From assembly GCF_018977255.1 (NCBI RefSeq), contig NW_024704743.1:25794001-25858000 (forward strand): a stretch of 64,000 bases of DNA. The letters run 5' to 3'. The first letter of the stretch is position 1; each line of letters starts with the position of its first letter. The notes below the pieces were generated by a model that was given only the letters and a program-made list of their open reading frames with translations, did no database searches and was not told the DNA's origin. Origin of the DNA: Callorhinchus milii (lineage: Eukaryota). The position numbers and the translations under genes are program-made. Of the stretch, positions 1-11,875 are shown one piece after another.

Positions 1-2079
1 AATGCTGCCATCACATTTCAAATGAAAACAGATTGCTTGGTATTAAATAAATAATACATTTAATTAAGTCCATGTACAATACTATACAAAAATCTCAGAA
101 TGAAATCCAATAAAGTAGAACTATTACGAAAGGCTTTGTTTTTACAAAAATATCACTACAATATGGCATTCACTAGTTTTGTTAGCTACAATAATATAAC
201 TGGGAGAATACTGGCGACATAATAAAAGGTGGGGGGGAAATCCGCACAACATTGGAATGTAAGAATACGGTTACAGTAAGGTAGGATATATTGCTTTGGT
301 ATTCGGACACATTGGCTGGTTGTAAGACAGCGATACACAGCTTTGATGAGTCCTCTTTAGTACAGCAGATCCTCTCTGTGTGCAACAAGATCTTTGGGAA
401 CCATACAAGCAAGTGTGTTGTGTTGAGGAGCAGGTTATAGAGAGGGGCATCTGATATATTTGCGCTCGATTAAAGGGGCATTTTCACCTCAATGAAGGCG
501 TTTTAGCAGATTCGTTTCCTGGAACAGTTAATTCTGGAAACTGCTGTTTCTGCAGGTTTAAGCTGTACAAGCATAAGCGCACTCCGTTGCAATGTGAACT
601 TTACAACACCTCTTCCCCGCGCCCCCCTCCCCCTCCCCAATATTTTAGTCGTTTTTGAAAAAATTAAAACCAGGAAACAAATAAATTAGTAGCGACAGAG
701 GAAATGGCATCATTTCATTGCCCGTCTACTCATCCCCACCTCATGCTGTTTAGCAACCAGGTGAGGTGGTTTAAAGATACTTCATGCTGAAAATGCCACC
801 CCTTTAACAGTGGAGCAGTAAACAGGGAGTGTTGGACCCAGTTCCTACTGCTATATCAGCAAGTATTCACTAAATAAAATGACCCTGGCTTCTTAAAGGG
901 ACACCGGCTTCATGAAACATCAGCAAAGTTTATTTGGAAATGCACTGATTAAATAGTTTGTCACATTCTCCTACCATCTCTCTCTTTCTCCGTCTCTCCT
1001 CCCCACCCCACCACTCCCCACAGACATTTTTGGCGACTTTCCATGAAGACAGCGTGCCTTTATTGTTGTTGGTGTCAATGAAAGAATTTGAAGAAGAGGA
1101 TATAATTAAAAAAATTGCTCAATATATAGGAATAAATTATAAAAATTGGTTACAAAGTGTTACATTCAGTCTTATGGCGTAATACATACTCACAGGCTTT
1201 AGGCTATTCTATGCGTCAATTCATAACATAATACACTTCAATAAAGGTGCCCCCTGTACAGGCCATCTGCTTCAGCAAGTGAAGCCAACTGCCCAATAGC
1301 TTGTGGATCGAGCAGAGGACTTACAGTAAGAAAGCTTCATTTTGTAGCTTAGACCCACATTACCACAAAGTCGTGAGCGAAAGGTACTCAGTCCAATATA
1401 AAAAATTCTTTCAGTTACTAATACATGTAATAAAGTTTGATGTTTACATAACAGTACATTTCTTATGCAGCAGAGTAATGGCAGTGGTGTTTCAAACTTT
1501 CTTGGGTATTTTATTAATAATAATAATATAAAAAAACAATATAAAGTTGGCCTGTGCTTTGTGGAGGACAGTTCATATGTGCAGCTGAGGAGCTGCACAT
1601 CTCACCTGAGTTCCAAAGTCGTGCAGACATTGGGGAGAAGAAAAGTGATTAATATCCACATTCAAATCTATCCACACACATTATCAGTTTATACTGAATT
1701 ATTTCTTTTGGGAGAAAAATTGCAACATGATGGAACCATTTCTCAGCTGAGTAAAATTGAGCCAGTTTGTTCCCGTCCGGTTTCGTGTAAGCTTGGCGTG
1801 TGGGTGTATATATACGTCGTATGTATGTGTGCGCAAAGTTTTGTGTGTAAATATCTGTGCGCATGGTGTGTAAAGGTACATGTGCGTGGTGTGTAAATGT
1901 ACGTGTACAGGGAGTGTACGCATGTTATGTGGGCATATGTGCGTGTGGTGCTTACGCATGTGTGTGTATGGGTGGCTCCTTCCGAGTGCTAGCTCAGAAG
2001 TGATGGTGGCCACGATAGTGCGGAACAAAGTACAGGCATTCTGATGAGCGCGTGGCTTACTGCCACCGACTGTGGCTCC
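1..2079 (-). other. NKD2: NKD2 3' UTR (probable; true 3' end may lie at or beyond the window edge)
   Basis: Directly downstream of the TGA at 2080-2082 and AT-rich, with no recognisable SINE/LINE. Candidate polyA signals on the minus strand: AATAAA at 1510-1515 and 929-934, ATTAAA at 59-64. AU-rich ATTTATTTA near 44-52. Confidence 0.7.
1796..1970. repeat. Degenerate (TG)n/(TA)n purine-pyrimidine repeat in the 3' UTR (CA-rich on the mRNA)
   Basis: gcgtgtgggtgtatatatacgtcgtatgtatgtgtgcgc...gcatgtgtgtgtatg. Confidence 0.8.
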
Positions 2080-2660
2080 TCACGACTGGTGATAGTGGTG
2101 GTAGTGGTGGTGGTGATGGTGCTCGTGATGGTGGTGATGTTCGTGTCTCTGAATGACAGGAATGACGTAGCCATCGCCAGACATCACCGGGGGCAGGTCC
2201 CGCAGGTACTCGTGCTCCAGTGCGGTGGGCTGTGTGTGAGTTGCCTTCAGCGGGGAGTGGTTATCCTTTGTTCGTTGCCTGTACTTTTTATGGCCGTGCT
2301 GCTGCTGCTGCTGCTGTTGGAAGTGGTAGAGGTCGTGTCCCACATGGTTGGGCTGTGATGTCGGGGCGGGCATGTAATGACCTTTCCCTGCCTTATTTCC
2401 ACTGCCTGGGATGACCGGAGCTTTCCCCGCTCCTTTGGGAGACTTCACAAACTGTTTCTCCTGACATTTCAGCCTGGGCTGCGCTTCCACTAGCCTCGTC
2501 CCGTTCTGATCCCCAATGGCAAATGGAGCGGGATAATCCGTGAGGACCTGGGATCTACGTTGATGCCCGTTGTGGGTCTCAGATTCCTGGGATCGCGACC
2601 TATTCTGAGAATGAGAGCTTTTCCCATGATGTTCTTGTCTAGTCTGCAGTGGCGGAGAAC
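2080..2660 (-). CDS. NKD2: NKD2 terminal coding exon (human exon 10 equivalent): GSPPLQTRQE...RSRSQE...KSPKG...GHKKYRQ...VIQRHEHHHHHEHHHHHHYHHYHQS*
   Basis: Pyrimidine tract and CAG acceptor at 2661-2663 (minus), phase 1, stop at 2080-2082. The translation follows human NKD2 as I recall it (GSPPVQAKQE, RSRSQEPDTH, RRSQVL, HSPLKA, RDLPP, PVIQRHEHHHHHEHHHH). Confidence 0.97.
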
Positions 2661-2949
2661 CTGAGAGCCAAAGGGGGGAGAGGGAGAGAGAGATGAGAAA
2701 GAATCCATTTACGGTGGGGTTAAAAAAATATAGCTTTGACAACAGAGCTTATGAGGCACTGGTAAGTTCTATGATCCTTATCCAGCTTTAGGACATTTGT
2801 TTGCTGGATTCAAGACATGTCTACATCTCCAAATCTTCTTGATAAATCAGACAGGCTGACCATCAACAATGCTTTAGGTTACTGTGGATTCCCTTTGCTA
2901 GGCATTTCCCCCTGCACTAGATCAAATATGGGGTTTAAACCTGCTCTTG

Positions 2950-3270
2950 ATTCCTCGGCTCCTCACACTGGGAGCAGTTCCACAGGTGCTGGTTGCCCTC
3001 AAGTGGCCATCGTTGATGTATGAGCCTCGGCAGTGAGTGTCGGTAGGCCATTCAACTGTAGAAGAAGTGACAGCCAAGCCAGACTACTTCTCACTCAGTT
3101 GCCACATGCTTGTCCTAACAGTAGAGCTTATTGACAAAAGGCAGGCCCTTGCTGATTGTAACCTGAGCCTTCACAGAGCCAGAAACTATGTTCCTTCTCA
3201 TTGCAGCCCTGGCTGAGATCAAGGACTGGGATTTGAACTGGGGAACTCCCAGTCCATAAACTGCAGGTCA
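2950..3270 (-). mobile_element. Old tRNA-derived SINE, family C (resembles AmnSINE2 from memory); related copies near 7995-8070, 18450-18700, 24520-24650, 51925-52030 and 58040-58310
   Basis: Shares the blocks cagttccacaggtgc...caagtggccat...gagtgtcggtaggc and ctgagatc...gggatttgaac (B box on the minus strand) with the other copies. Confidence 0.6.
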
Positions 3271-3689
3271 ATCCATGACATGGCGACTGCCGGAGTTCCT
3301 TGCTTTTTGTTTAAACAAAACACCTTTTAAATGAAGCCTGTTCTTATTTATTAATACCAGTTACTGCTTAGCTCTGGGCTTCTTCTTAGAAATAAAATCA
3401 AAGAAACCAAACTGTGTTTGAGAACCAGTCACCAAAGACCATTGATCTGCAGTGAATCACTCTATGGAGACTTTGGAAATTTTTATTTAGAAACAGAAGA
3501 GCTAAAAGTGCCTGGCTTGGATTATTGCGGTTTATTTACGCTGAGCAATTCCTGGAGGGTGAAACATTACAAGAGTGGAGAGAATGAAGTAATGAAGTAC
3601 CACAGAAGAGGTTTCGGTACCTCAGGTCAGTTTATTGCTCCACAATATGCTGACCTAATTTCAGGTGCACTTGTGGAGGTTACAGGACA

Positions 3690-3970
3690 TTAATTCACAA
3701 TAACTAGCAAACAAACAAATCGGAGCTTAGGAGAATTGTTTTCATACAAAAGAGTAATTAGGATACGGAATGCCCGGTTGGGAGCAGTGGTAGATAAACA
3801 ACTAAAAATATCTGGAAGTTGATAGAGGCACAACATTTTGGAACCTCAGAGTAAACTACAAGGCTCTGGGAAAATGGCAGGAAAATGAGACTAAAAGTAT
3901 GGCTCTTAAATGAGCCAGTACAAACAAGATGGGCCTAATGGCCTTTTGTGCTATAAATTTCAATGATTGT
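3690..3970 (+). mobile_element. CR1 LINE 3' fragment, degenerate
   Basis: Remnant of the RGH...FxxRVxxxWN coding tail, then gatgggcctaatggccttttgtgct and an attc/atgatt-type tail; homologous to the better-preserved copy at 54530. Confidence 0.65.
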
Positions 3971-5524
3971 AGGGTGGGGGCAGAGGCAGGGAGTGTGAGG
4001 GAGGAGTAGTCGATAGCAGTGCTGTTGGATTATATGTTTCCTGGAAGCAGCTACAGAGGGTACTGTCAGAGGTCTGGAAGTGGGCACTGACGCAAGATTT
4101 TGGAACATTGGCGGGTTACGCATCTGTGAAGGATAATGGTTAGTGCTTTGGGACATCTGACGTGAAAGGTGCTATGAAAATGTAAGCTTGTTGATTTTGT
4201 TGTTGTCCTATCAGCAGAGCATTATTTTGCTGATTTTGCCAAAATTTGTTGATTTTTCCTGCAGGAAAATTTACACAACTTGAGTAAGAAATATTGGGGT
4301 AAAATTTACAGTTTCATAATTAACACTAGGAATACTTTAGCCAACACAGGAAATTTATTTCCTTATGTTTATAATAATAATACTAATAAGCCTTGCATTT
4401 GAAATAACGCCTTATCACGTCTTCGAGACATCTCACAGCGCTTCACAGAATATATCGTAAAGTGAAATGACTGTGTATTTTGAGGGTGATTATGTTTATG
4501 CCGACAATGCTGTTTGCGTTTTCCCAAGGTGGGATTCACGCACACGGAAGTCTAGGTCGGAACAGGAGCACTTCATTGCAAAGATTGATGGCGGAATCCA
4601 AGCTACAGGCAGTCTGGAACATCAACCCAGAGGCCACAAGGTGAAGCTCGGTGATGGAACTGCTAAGTTTCCAAAATGTTCCCAATAATGGATAATCTAC
4701 TTGGGTTTAAAATTTCACTGAGAAAGAAGCACGGTCTCAGGAACACTAAAAACCCTCAATTTTATTTGTTTGAAAAAGAAAAAGTTTCTCAGACCAGATG
4801 ATATTTGCAATACAAATGGGTAAAATCTACGACCATTGCCCTCCAGAGAACCCTTTGATTTCAATCAGAATTTAAAGAGAAGCTGGTACTTTTACAATTC
4901 AGCCCTTGATCTAATAGTTCTGAACCTCTCTGCCCATTTTTCCAGGACTCAAGGTCAAGCTCTTAACAGCGCCCTTGAGGTCTGCTGTTATGTTCTGTCC
5001 TGGGGTGGTTAATTTATAGTGTGAATGGGGCTTGGCCACATTCCAGCAGCCTGTGTGTTTGTACAGCAGATACGATCCTCTGCTTATGTGGATCATGTAG
5101 CACTAGGCAGAGGCACAAGTCCAACTTAGCATTGTTGTTACCCTGCTTTGATCTGAAAAGGAAACTAGTTTTTAACCCCCCACGTACAGAGTCTACAAAT
5201 GTGGTCCACAAGATACTACAAGATGGATTGGCTGCTCATGAACCAAACTGGATTCGCTTCAAACCACCTCCTTGTCTAGAAGACTTTCTCAATTCAAGAG
5301 TCAAAAATCGGTTATAATTATGAGAAGCCAATTTGCCGTCAGTCCTATCCTGTCCTGTCGGGTCCCTTACGTGAAACCATCACCTTTCAAAGTGGCATGG
5401 GTGTCTCGCTGAGTGGAAAGTAGCTTACCAATTAACTAACAGCAACTGGCAACTTTAATAACATGAAAGGCTGCAAGTGATCAGGCAACACTCGGGTGGT
5501 GCAGTTCACAAAATGGTCCATTTA

Positions 5525-5690
5525 CAAAAATTACAGAGAATGTACAACACGAACAGATCACTTGGCCCAACTAGTCCGTACTAGTGTTTACACTCCACGA
5601 GTCTCCATCCACTCCTTACTCCCATACCTTTCTATTCCCTTCTCCTTCATATGAAGGTCTGGTTTCCTCTTACATGCATCTTCCCTACCT
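5525..5690 (-). mobile_element. CR1 LINE 3' UTR fragment
   Basis: acagagaatgtacaacacgaacagatcacttggcccaactagtccgtac is the reverse complement of the CR1 3' end. Confidence 0.55.
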
Positions 5691-6551
5691 CTTTTAGTCA
5701 CTGTTTAACCCTCTGTGATTGGGACATTTAACTCAGACTATTGGAACAAAACTCTTATCTCTTCAACAGCTCTAAAAATTCCAAGTGAAATGAGCTTAGG
5801 TTCTCTCTCTACCCCGGGAATGAAATAGCAACATGAAACTTCTCAGAATTAAGGAATTGTTAGCAATCGTACTGAAAAGCCACAGAGGGAAGAAATTCAC
5901 ATTGCTGGTCAGGGAAAGATATGGGATACTAGCAATCTTTGCACTATAATTTTAATGTCTCATAGAGCTTCAGAGGTAATTCTTGTCAAATGTGTGACTG
6001 TACATGTAGGCAAACACAGCAGACAACTTGTGCAATGTTTCACAAATAGCTGTGTGAATAACCAATTTATCTGGAGGATCAGGATAAACTCCCTTTTCTT
6101 TTCGCTTAAATGTATGAGTATCTTAAATGTCCAACTGAACAAGCAGATGGGATCTTGGCTTAATGTCTCTTCTAAAGCACAGCACCTCCTTCGATGCGAA
6201 TGCCTACCCTCTCTCTTGCCAGCCCAAGTAATGCGATGGAGTACACAGGACATTTCTCAATCAGATCCAAAGCAGAGATTGTGATGACACTGATGTGAGG
6301 TGTGGATGTGCTGCCTAATTGACCATAGCGATCACTCACTGCAGTCGTTTTATAGGTGTGTCCACTAAGGCATATGGTCCAGTCAAATTGCCTCTCCATG
6401 CATCAATTCGTAAATCAATTAGTGGCTCTCACATGGTCAATTCTCTCTCCCCCACATCACCCCCCCACATCACATTGACCTTATTCCAAGCTTCAGCCAG
6501 AAAAGCCAAAATGTTCCTCCTCCATTGTGGGCAATCACTATTTCTCTTTAC

Positions 6552-6679
6552 CTGGTCCAAATTTAGACGTGTAGTTCTCGATCCCAGCCAAGTCTAAGTA
6601 ATGGTTTCTTCGTTCGGTGTTCTCGTCCACACAGTAATGTTCACGCATGTTAGAATTGTGCTGGTCGCTGTTATATCTT
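6552..6679 (-). CDS. NKD2: NKD2 exon (exon 9 equivalent, 128 nt): RYNSDQHNSNMREHYCVDENTERRNHYLDLAGIENYTSKFGP
   Basis: Contains the conserved Naked motif CVDENTERRNHYLDLAGIENYTS. tttctcacag acceptor and CAG|gtaaag donor; phase 2 to phase 1 fits both neighbours. Confidence 0.97.
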
Positions 6680-6911
6680 CTGTGAGAAAACAAGAGACCG
6701 ATCATACACCCGTACTGAAAAAAAATCACTCCACACACTCACTGTGGTCAAACCTGGTTTGCCAGTCACCTTATATTGTCAAAAATAAACATAAAACCTG
6801 GATCTGTCTCACTTCAAAACACCACAAGCACCCTAGCTTTTCCCTATCTTTAATCGAACCATGACTGATCAGATTCCCTGCAAACATGCAACTTTAATTT
6901 AACATGATGTA

Positions 6912-7243
6912 GGTACCCTCTTGCCTCACAAGCAAGTGACCTGGGTTCAATTCCAGGCAGGGCAAAACGTTGGGCAAGTTTCCTTACTCCACACACCTTT
7001 CTTTACCTAGCAGAAGTAGGAACCCAGTCATCAGTCGATTGGCGGATCACTTTTCCAGTGCTAATAATTCCTTAAAAAAAATTGGTTGCTCAATCCATGA
7101 CTGTTTGTGGGACACTGCTGTGCGCGTTTTGCCCACAAAATATACAGTTAGTTCACTTTACAGTATATTCTGTGAAGCGCTTTGAGACGTGTTGAAGACG
7201 TGATAAAGCGCTACAACAAATGCAAGGATTATTATTATTATTA
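6912..7243 (+). mobile_element. tRNA-derived SINE, family B (Deu-domain/L2-tail type), near full length
   Basis: B box gggttcaattcc, body gcaagtttccttactccacac and gtttgtgggacactgctgtgcg, tail tgtgaagcgctttgagacg...aaatgcaagg(att)n; many copies in this window. Confidence 0.85.
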
Positions 7244-8261
7244 CCCTCGATCTGCATGAGATCTCTTCGTTGTTGGGGTGGGGGGGCGGGGAGGAGGGGA
7301 AGAGAGAAGAGAATGCAGAGTTGAGGCCAAAATTTTGCTTTTCAGCAGGAATTATTAAAACTGGGCTGATTGGTAGCTCCAAACATTTTCAGATTTAGCA
7401 CAGTCTGTGCTCTGGAAATTTAGCCATCTGGCAAACAGTCAGCTTTCAGCACCCTTGTATACAACTCATCGCTCTCTTATATACAGTATATTTTATCACA
7501 GTCAAAAGATAAGATTATTGCCGCTCTTGTAGCTTGTGAAGGGGATCTATGACAGCCTGCTGAAAGATGAGGAACAGGAGTTAATCTGGGACTCTCTCCA
7601 TTCAGTCTCTAACATATGACAGGGGAGCAAACTAATATAAAACATACAAATACTGATCTTACTGCACTCCAAGCATATTATACCAGGCCAGCACTACTCT
7701 GCTCACTCAGTGAGAGCTTGGAGAAGCTGTGGAGCTTCTGATCTCTTCATCATCTTCACACCACACCACCACCCCCCCACCTCCGGATTATAATCATTTG
7801 TTTTTCTTCCATGTCTCCCTTCTACAATCTATGTCTTACAGAAGAGAGAAGGGAATAGTGAGACATGGGGGAAGTATAGGGTGGGAAAGATTAGGATTGC
7901 CAGATATTAATGTTCGGTGTTAACACTGGCACAAATTATTTGAGCTGAATGGCCCTGCATCCATGTGTAGATACTATGCAATTCTAATTTTAGCGTGGTT
8001 CCACTGTTACCATCAGTCCTATGCTTGCCATTCTTCATGAGAGGCTGTAGGCAGGCCAATTACCCATGATATCACAGCTAAATCAGTTCTTACTATATAT
8101 CACATTTTCCAGTAGGAGTCCCTGGCTGGAAAACAGGAGTTGTAACCCTGGCTGCCTATCTTCACTCCACCCTCTCTTTAGGAGTACAAAGACCAATTGT
8201 AACACCCCAACATCTTGGCAGACATCTGCTACTTCAACACAGGCTACAGGAATACATATAA

Positions 8262-8590
8262 TAACAATTATCTTATAATCTTTGCATTTGCTACTGATCT
8301 TTATCACGTCTTGATACATCTCGAAGTGCTCCACAGCATTTTATTGTGAAGTGCAGTGACTGTAACTATAATCGTAGGCAAATGGGGCAACCAACTTGTG
8401 CACAGCTAATGTTCCACAATCAACCACAAAGTAAATTTAACCTAGGGAATTGTTGACCAAGATACTGGGAGAAACTCCCTTCTATTTTTGAATAGTGCTC
8501 TGGGATCTTTAACATACACCTCAACAAGCAAACAAGACTTCAGTTTAATTCTCATCTGAAGGATGTCACCTCCAACAATGCAGCGCACAC
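8262..8590 (-). mobile_element. tRNA-derived Deu-type SINE, family A, 5'-truncated
   Basis: Reverse complement of the tail (ataatctttgcatttg) and body (gggatctttaacatacacc...ctcatctgaa...acaatgcagc). Confidence 0.75.
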
Positions 8591-8834
8591 CAACTTCCAC
8601 CTTGGGTATAATGGGATGCTACGGCAATATAAAATCTATATTATAAAACAAAACATGAATATTGTGGTGCCTTCTTGAGAAGGAAGAAGCAAACTGCTTT
8701 CCTGAGTACTTGTGGGATTAAATTAGTCTTCACAATGCATCTCTTTTCAGTGAGTACGGCAATGAATTTGGATTCCAGGAGCATGGAGATTAGATCAGAA
8801 GCGTGTTAAGAGGAGACAGAATGGCCTCCAGTAC

Positions 8835-8919
8835 CTCATCTGAGCCGAAAGTCTTTTATCCGAACACTTCACCTCCTCTGAGTGCTCAGCTTCACTCTTA
8901 CAGCGATTGTTTTCTCGAT
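8835..8919 (-). CDS. NKD2: NKD2 exon (exon 8 equivalent, 85 nt): DRENNRCKSEAEHSEEVKCSDKRLSAQMR
   Basis: Not in the ORF track; translated by hand. tctttcgcag acceptor and AG|gtactg donor; phase 1 to phase 2. Aligns with human DREPTRCRMEGELAEEPRVADRRLSAHVR. Confidence 0.93.
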
Positions 8920-9034
8920 CTGCGAAAGATAAACGCAGAAATCTATTCACAAGCTGCATCTGACCCAGACTTCCCTTCTTCCGGCAAGGTATTCCTGAAA
9001 TTCCTCAAAAACAAACTTTTTTTTCCCCATTAAA

Positions 9035-9410
9035 AAGCAGAAGGTTAGGGGATGTTGATAGAGGTCTCAGCATTATGGAGGGCTATGATGGGGGCAAACA
9101 GCAATAGATTATTTCCATTGGTCAGTGAGCCAGTAATGAAAGGGCACAAATTTGAAATAATTTCAAAAGGAATTAAAGGAAGTTAACTTTCATTTCTTCA
9201 GACAGAAAATTATTGTAATGTGGAATTCTCTGCCACAAACCATTGTTGAAGCTGAATGCATAAATTATTTTAAAAAGGGAATAAATAAGGTAGATATTTG
9301 CAAAAGAGGAACATTAAAGGATATGAGGAGCAAGGAGATTGGAATCGGATTATATTAGATGGGGTCATATGAAAAAAGGCCTGTTTCTGTGTTATAACAT
9401 TCTAACTCCA
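9035..9410 (+). mobile_element. CR1 LINE 3' fragment
   Basis: Degenerate ORF2 C-terminus (RRLGD-LIEV...LFPLV...GHKF...WNSLP...VEA) followed by the CR1 3' UTR. Confidence 0.75.
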
Positions 9411-10695
9411 AGTAAACATTCTGGCGGTGTATTGAGTTGCAACATTTCTTCTAGGATTGAATCCAGTCCAGGTCGATGGGGAAGAAAGTCACTTCTCAGC
9501 TGGCTGTCATAATAATATAATAAGCCTTGCTTTTGAGGATCCCACCTAAACACCTAAGTGTTTTGGGGGACATCACAACTCAGTTCCTAGTGGGTAATAT
9601 GTTACAGCTCAAAACTGTAGTTTTGTTTACAGAGACTCTACGAATGGTAACTGGGGAAATATAAAGGGAATTTTAGTCAGGTATTAGGTGCCCTTCTCAG
9701 ATTAAAGTAAGGACAAATTGGGGTCTATTAAGCACCATGTGCAAACCATGTGTAACAACAGAATTACAGGACTCCTTTATTATACGATTATCAATGAGAA
9801 GGATTTATTAATTTAGTAATTCGTGGACAACCCTTTATTTGTTGTCAACTTTTAATGGGACCTGTAATGCCCTCTATACAGCTATGTTTGCACACTGCAA
9901 ATAAGTCGAGGGAGTTTTACATTTCATCCTGCAGTTGCTGTACCTGATGTGGGAGGCTGATTTCTGTTATTATACGGCAGACTGTGTAAAACATTTAACA
10001 ATGATTCTTGCAATACAGATTGTGTGATTCATGTCAAATATCCTGAGGGAATAGCTTTCCAGTGTAGTGACTATATTTGTGGGCAGCTAATTTGCACGCA
10101 GCAAGGCCCTACAAATGGCAATGAAGTGAATGACCAATTTATCCAGACGATTGCTGGCCAGAACACTGGGAAATATACCTTCTCTTTTTCAATAACGTCA
10201 TCGGAAATGTTGCAAAATGCTAAACCAGAAGCGCAACGTGGGAAAATTGTAAGAATGTATCAGAGGGACACTTGGCTCGGACTTGTGACTTTAGCCAAGA
10301 TGAAGGACGAATGCACCGCGATAGTAGTTGATCTCGAAGACGTGATAACGCACTATATTAAATGCAAGGATTATTATTATTATCACATTTGAAGAGGATG
10401 GAGTTCAAAAAGGCACCGTGAGAAAACATGCATCCTGACGAGGAGCAATAATTTGACTGCTGAGTTCTCACTACGGAATGGATCCTCCAGTGTTGGCCTG
10501 GAATTCACAGGGCTGCCTGCAGGAGACACACTTTGCACCCCAAGACATTTTCCCTCATGCAAGGTCTCATTTACGCTGCCATCTGTCCCCAGGTGTACCA
10601 CAATGGGTAGGCAAACCAAAATTGCTACCAGTGGGGAAGTCGCAAAGGAATTTCAGAAAGATGTTTCAGAAAGATCCCAGTTTCAGCTGGTTTAC

Positions 10696-10843
10696 CTTGA
10701 CTGGCTGAGAAGCCATCCTTCTTCCTGTTGGCGGGTTCAGGGGACACTGTTAGCTTCACTCTCAGGGTCTTGCTGTTGGTAGCGGACTGGTTTACTGAAG
10801 CATCTACAACTTCGTAGATTGTGTGCATCAGGCTGGACATGTC
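10696..10843 (-). CDS. NKD2: NKD2 exon (exon 7 equivalent, 148 nt): DMSSLMHTIYEVVDASVNQSATNSKTLRVKLTVSPEPANRKKDGFSASQ; second half of the EFX (Dishevelled-binding) domain
   Basis: DMSSLMHTIYEVVDASVN and KTLRVKLTVSPEP are the NKD2-type residues; NKD1 has DITSLLH and VAPDG. TAG acceptor and AAG|gtaaac donor. Confidence 0.97.
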
Positions 10844-11104
10844 CTATGTACAAACAAAAAAACACATGGGTTATATTAAATTTATCTTTGTCATTTACGG
10901 GACATCACTAGCGTAGATTAGCTGTTGCATTTGCTTAGATAACAATCACTACATTTCTAATCAATGATAACTTAAGTGTTTTGAGACATTCACTTTCATT
11001 CGAAAAGTGACGGAAATACAAGTAGTTACCATCAAATGAAAATCCTTCATAGCAACCGACATTGCCCCGAGCTGCTCGAAACACGCTGCTCACCATTTGT
11101 ACAC

Positions 11105-11425
11105 TGAGTAATAATAATTCTTGCATTTGATATGGTGCAATATAATGGCTTTGAAGCATCTCAAAGCGCTTCACAGAATACACTGTAGAGTGACTCTATA
11201 TTTGTGAGTGAAATGCGGCACAATTGCACAAACCAGTATCCCACAAAACAGTCATGAATTGAGTGACCAAATGATTATTATTTTTTTGAAGGGAATATTA
11301 TCCCCAGGAAGCGATCTGCCAATCGACTAAGAACCGAGGTCCTACTTCCTGCTAGGTAAACAGAGGCGTGTGGAGTAAGGAAACTTGCCTAACATTTTGC
11401 CCCGTCTAGGATTCGAACCCAGATA
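11105..11425 (-). mobile_element. SINE family B, near full length
   Basis: taataataattcttgcatttgatat...caaagcgcttcacag...gtggagtaaggaaacttgcc...ggattcgaacccag. Confidence 0.85.
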
Positions 11426-11429
11426 ATCA

Positions 11430-11875
11430 CCAGATAGTCACCAGTTGGTCATCCGACACCCGACAAGCGTGGGTTTGAACCTTCACTAGGTGGACAGTAG
11501 GTACAAGGAACTCGATGTGAGCTTCCCGTTGGGCAACGCATCTCAGCGTGAGAGCATTGCCACCAAATTCCTGTTCGCAGCTCGGGCACACGTTCCTTCC
11601 CATTGACCGATGGTTCCACCAATTGGAGTTGCGAAGTTTCTCTGCAGACCACTCAAGGTGGATTCCAGGAGCTGGACGTACAAACGTGTGTTCACGAACT
11701 TGGACTACAGGTAACACCTTCCAGCAGCTGTCGCCCCAAACCTCAAGAGTTTCTTTATCAGCTATCAGGTGGGCATCTGACTTCAGTGTGGTGGGAGGAC
11801 CTTCACAGGACGTGCTATGCCAGCCACCTTCATATTCTCGAGGTCCAAGTCCATGTACCAGGCTTACTCAATACC
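11430..11875 (+). mobile_element. Fossil of a probable DNA-transposon transposase (LGHTFLPIDRWFHQLE motif); second copy inverted at about 32440-32660
   Basis: Clear nucleotide homology between 11580-11760 and the reverse complement of 32450-32645. Both encode LGHTxLPx(D/E)RxFHQxELR. Confidence 0.55.

Noticed and set aside
1465..2028. 143-aa and 109-aa Cys/Val- or His/Thr-rich ORFs
   Set aside because: Products of the degenerate TG/CA repeat in the 3' UTR.
2044..2358. Plus-strand 104-aa ORF with poly-Val/poly-Leu stretches that look transmembrane
   Set aside because: Antisense shadow of the NKD2 His and Gln codon runs.
8920..8994. Upstream AG that would extend exon 8 by 25 in-frame codons
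   Set aside because: The frame is open, but the pyrimidine tract is poor, the peptide has no NKD similarity, and chance occurrence is likely.
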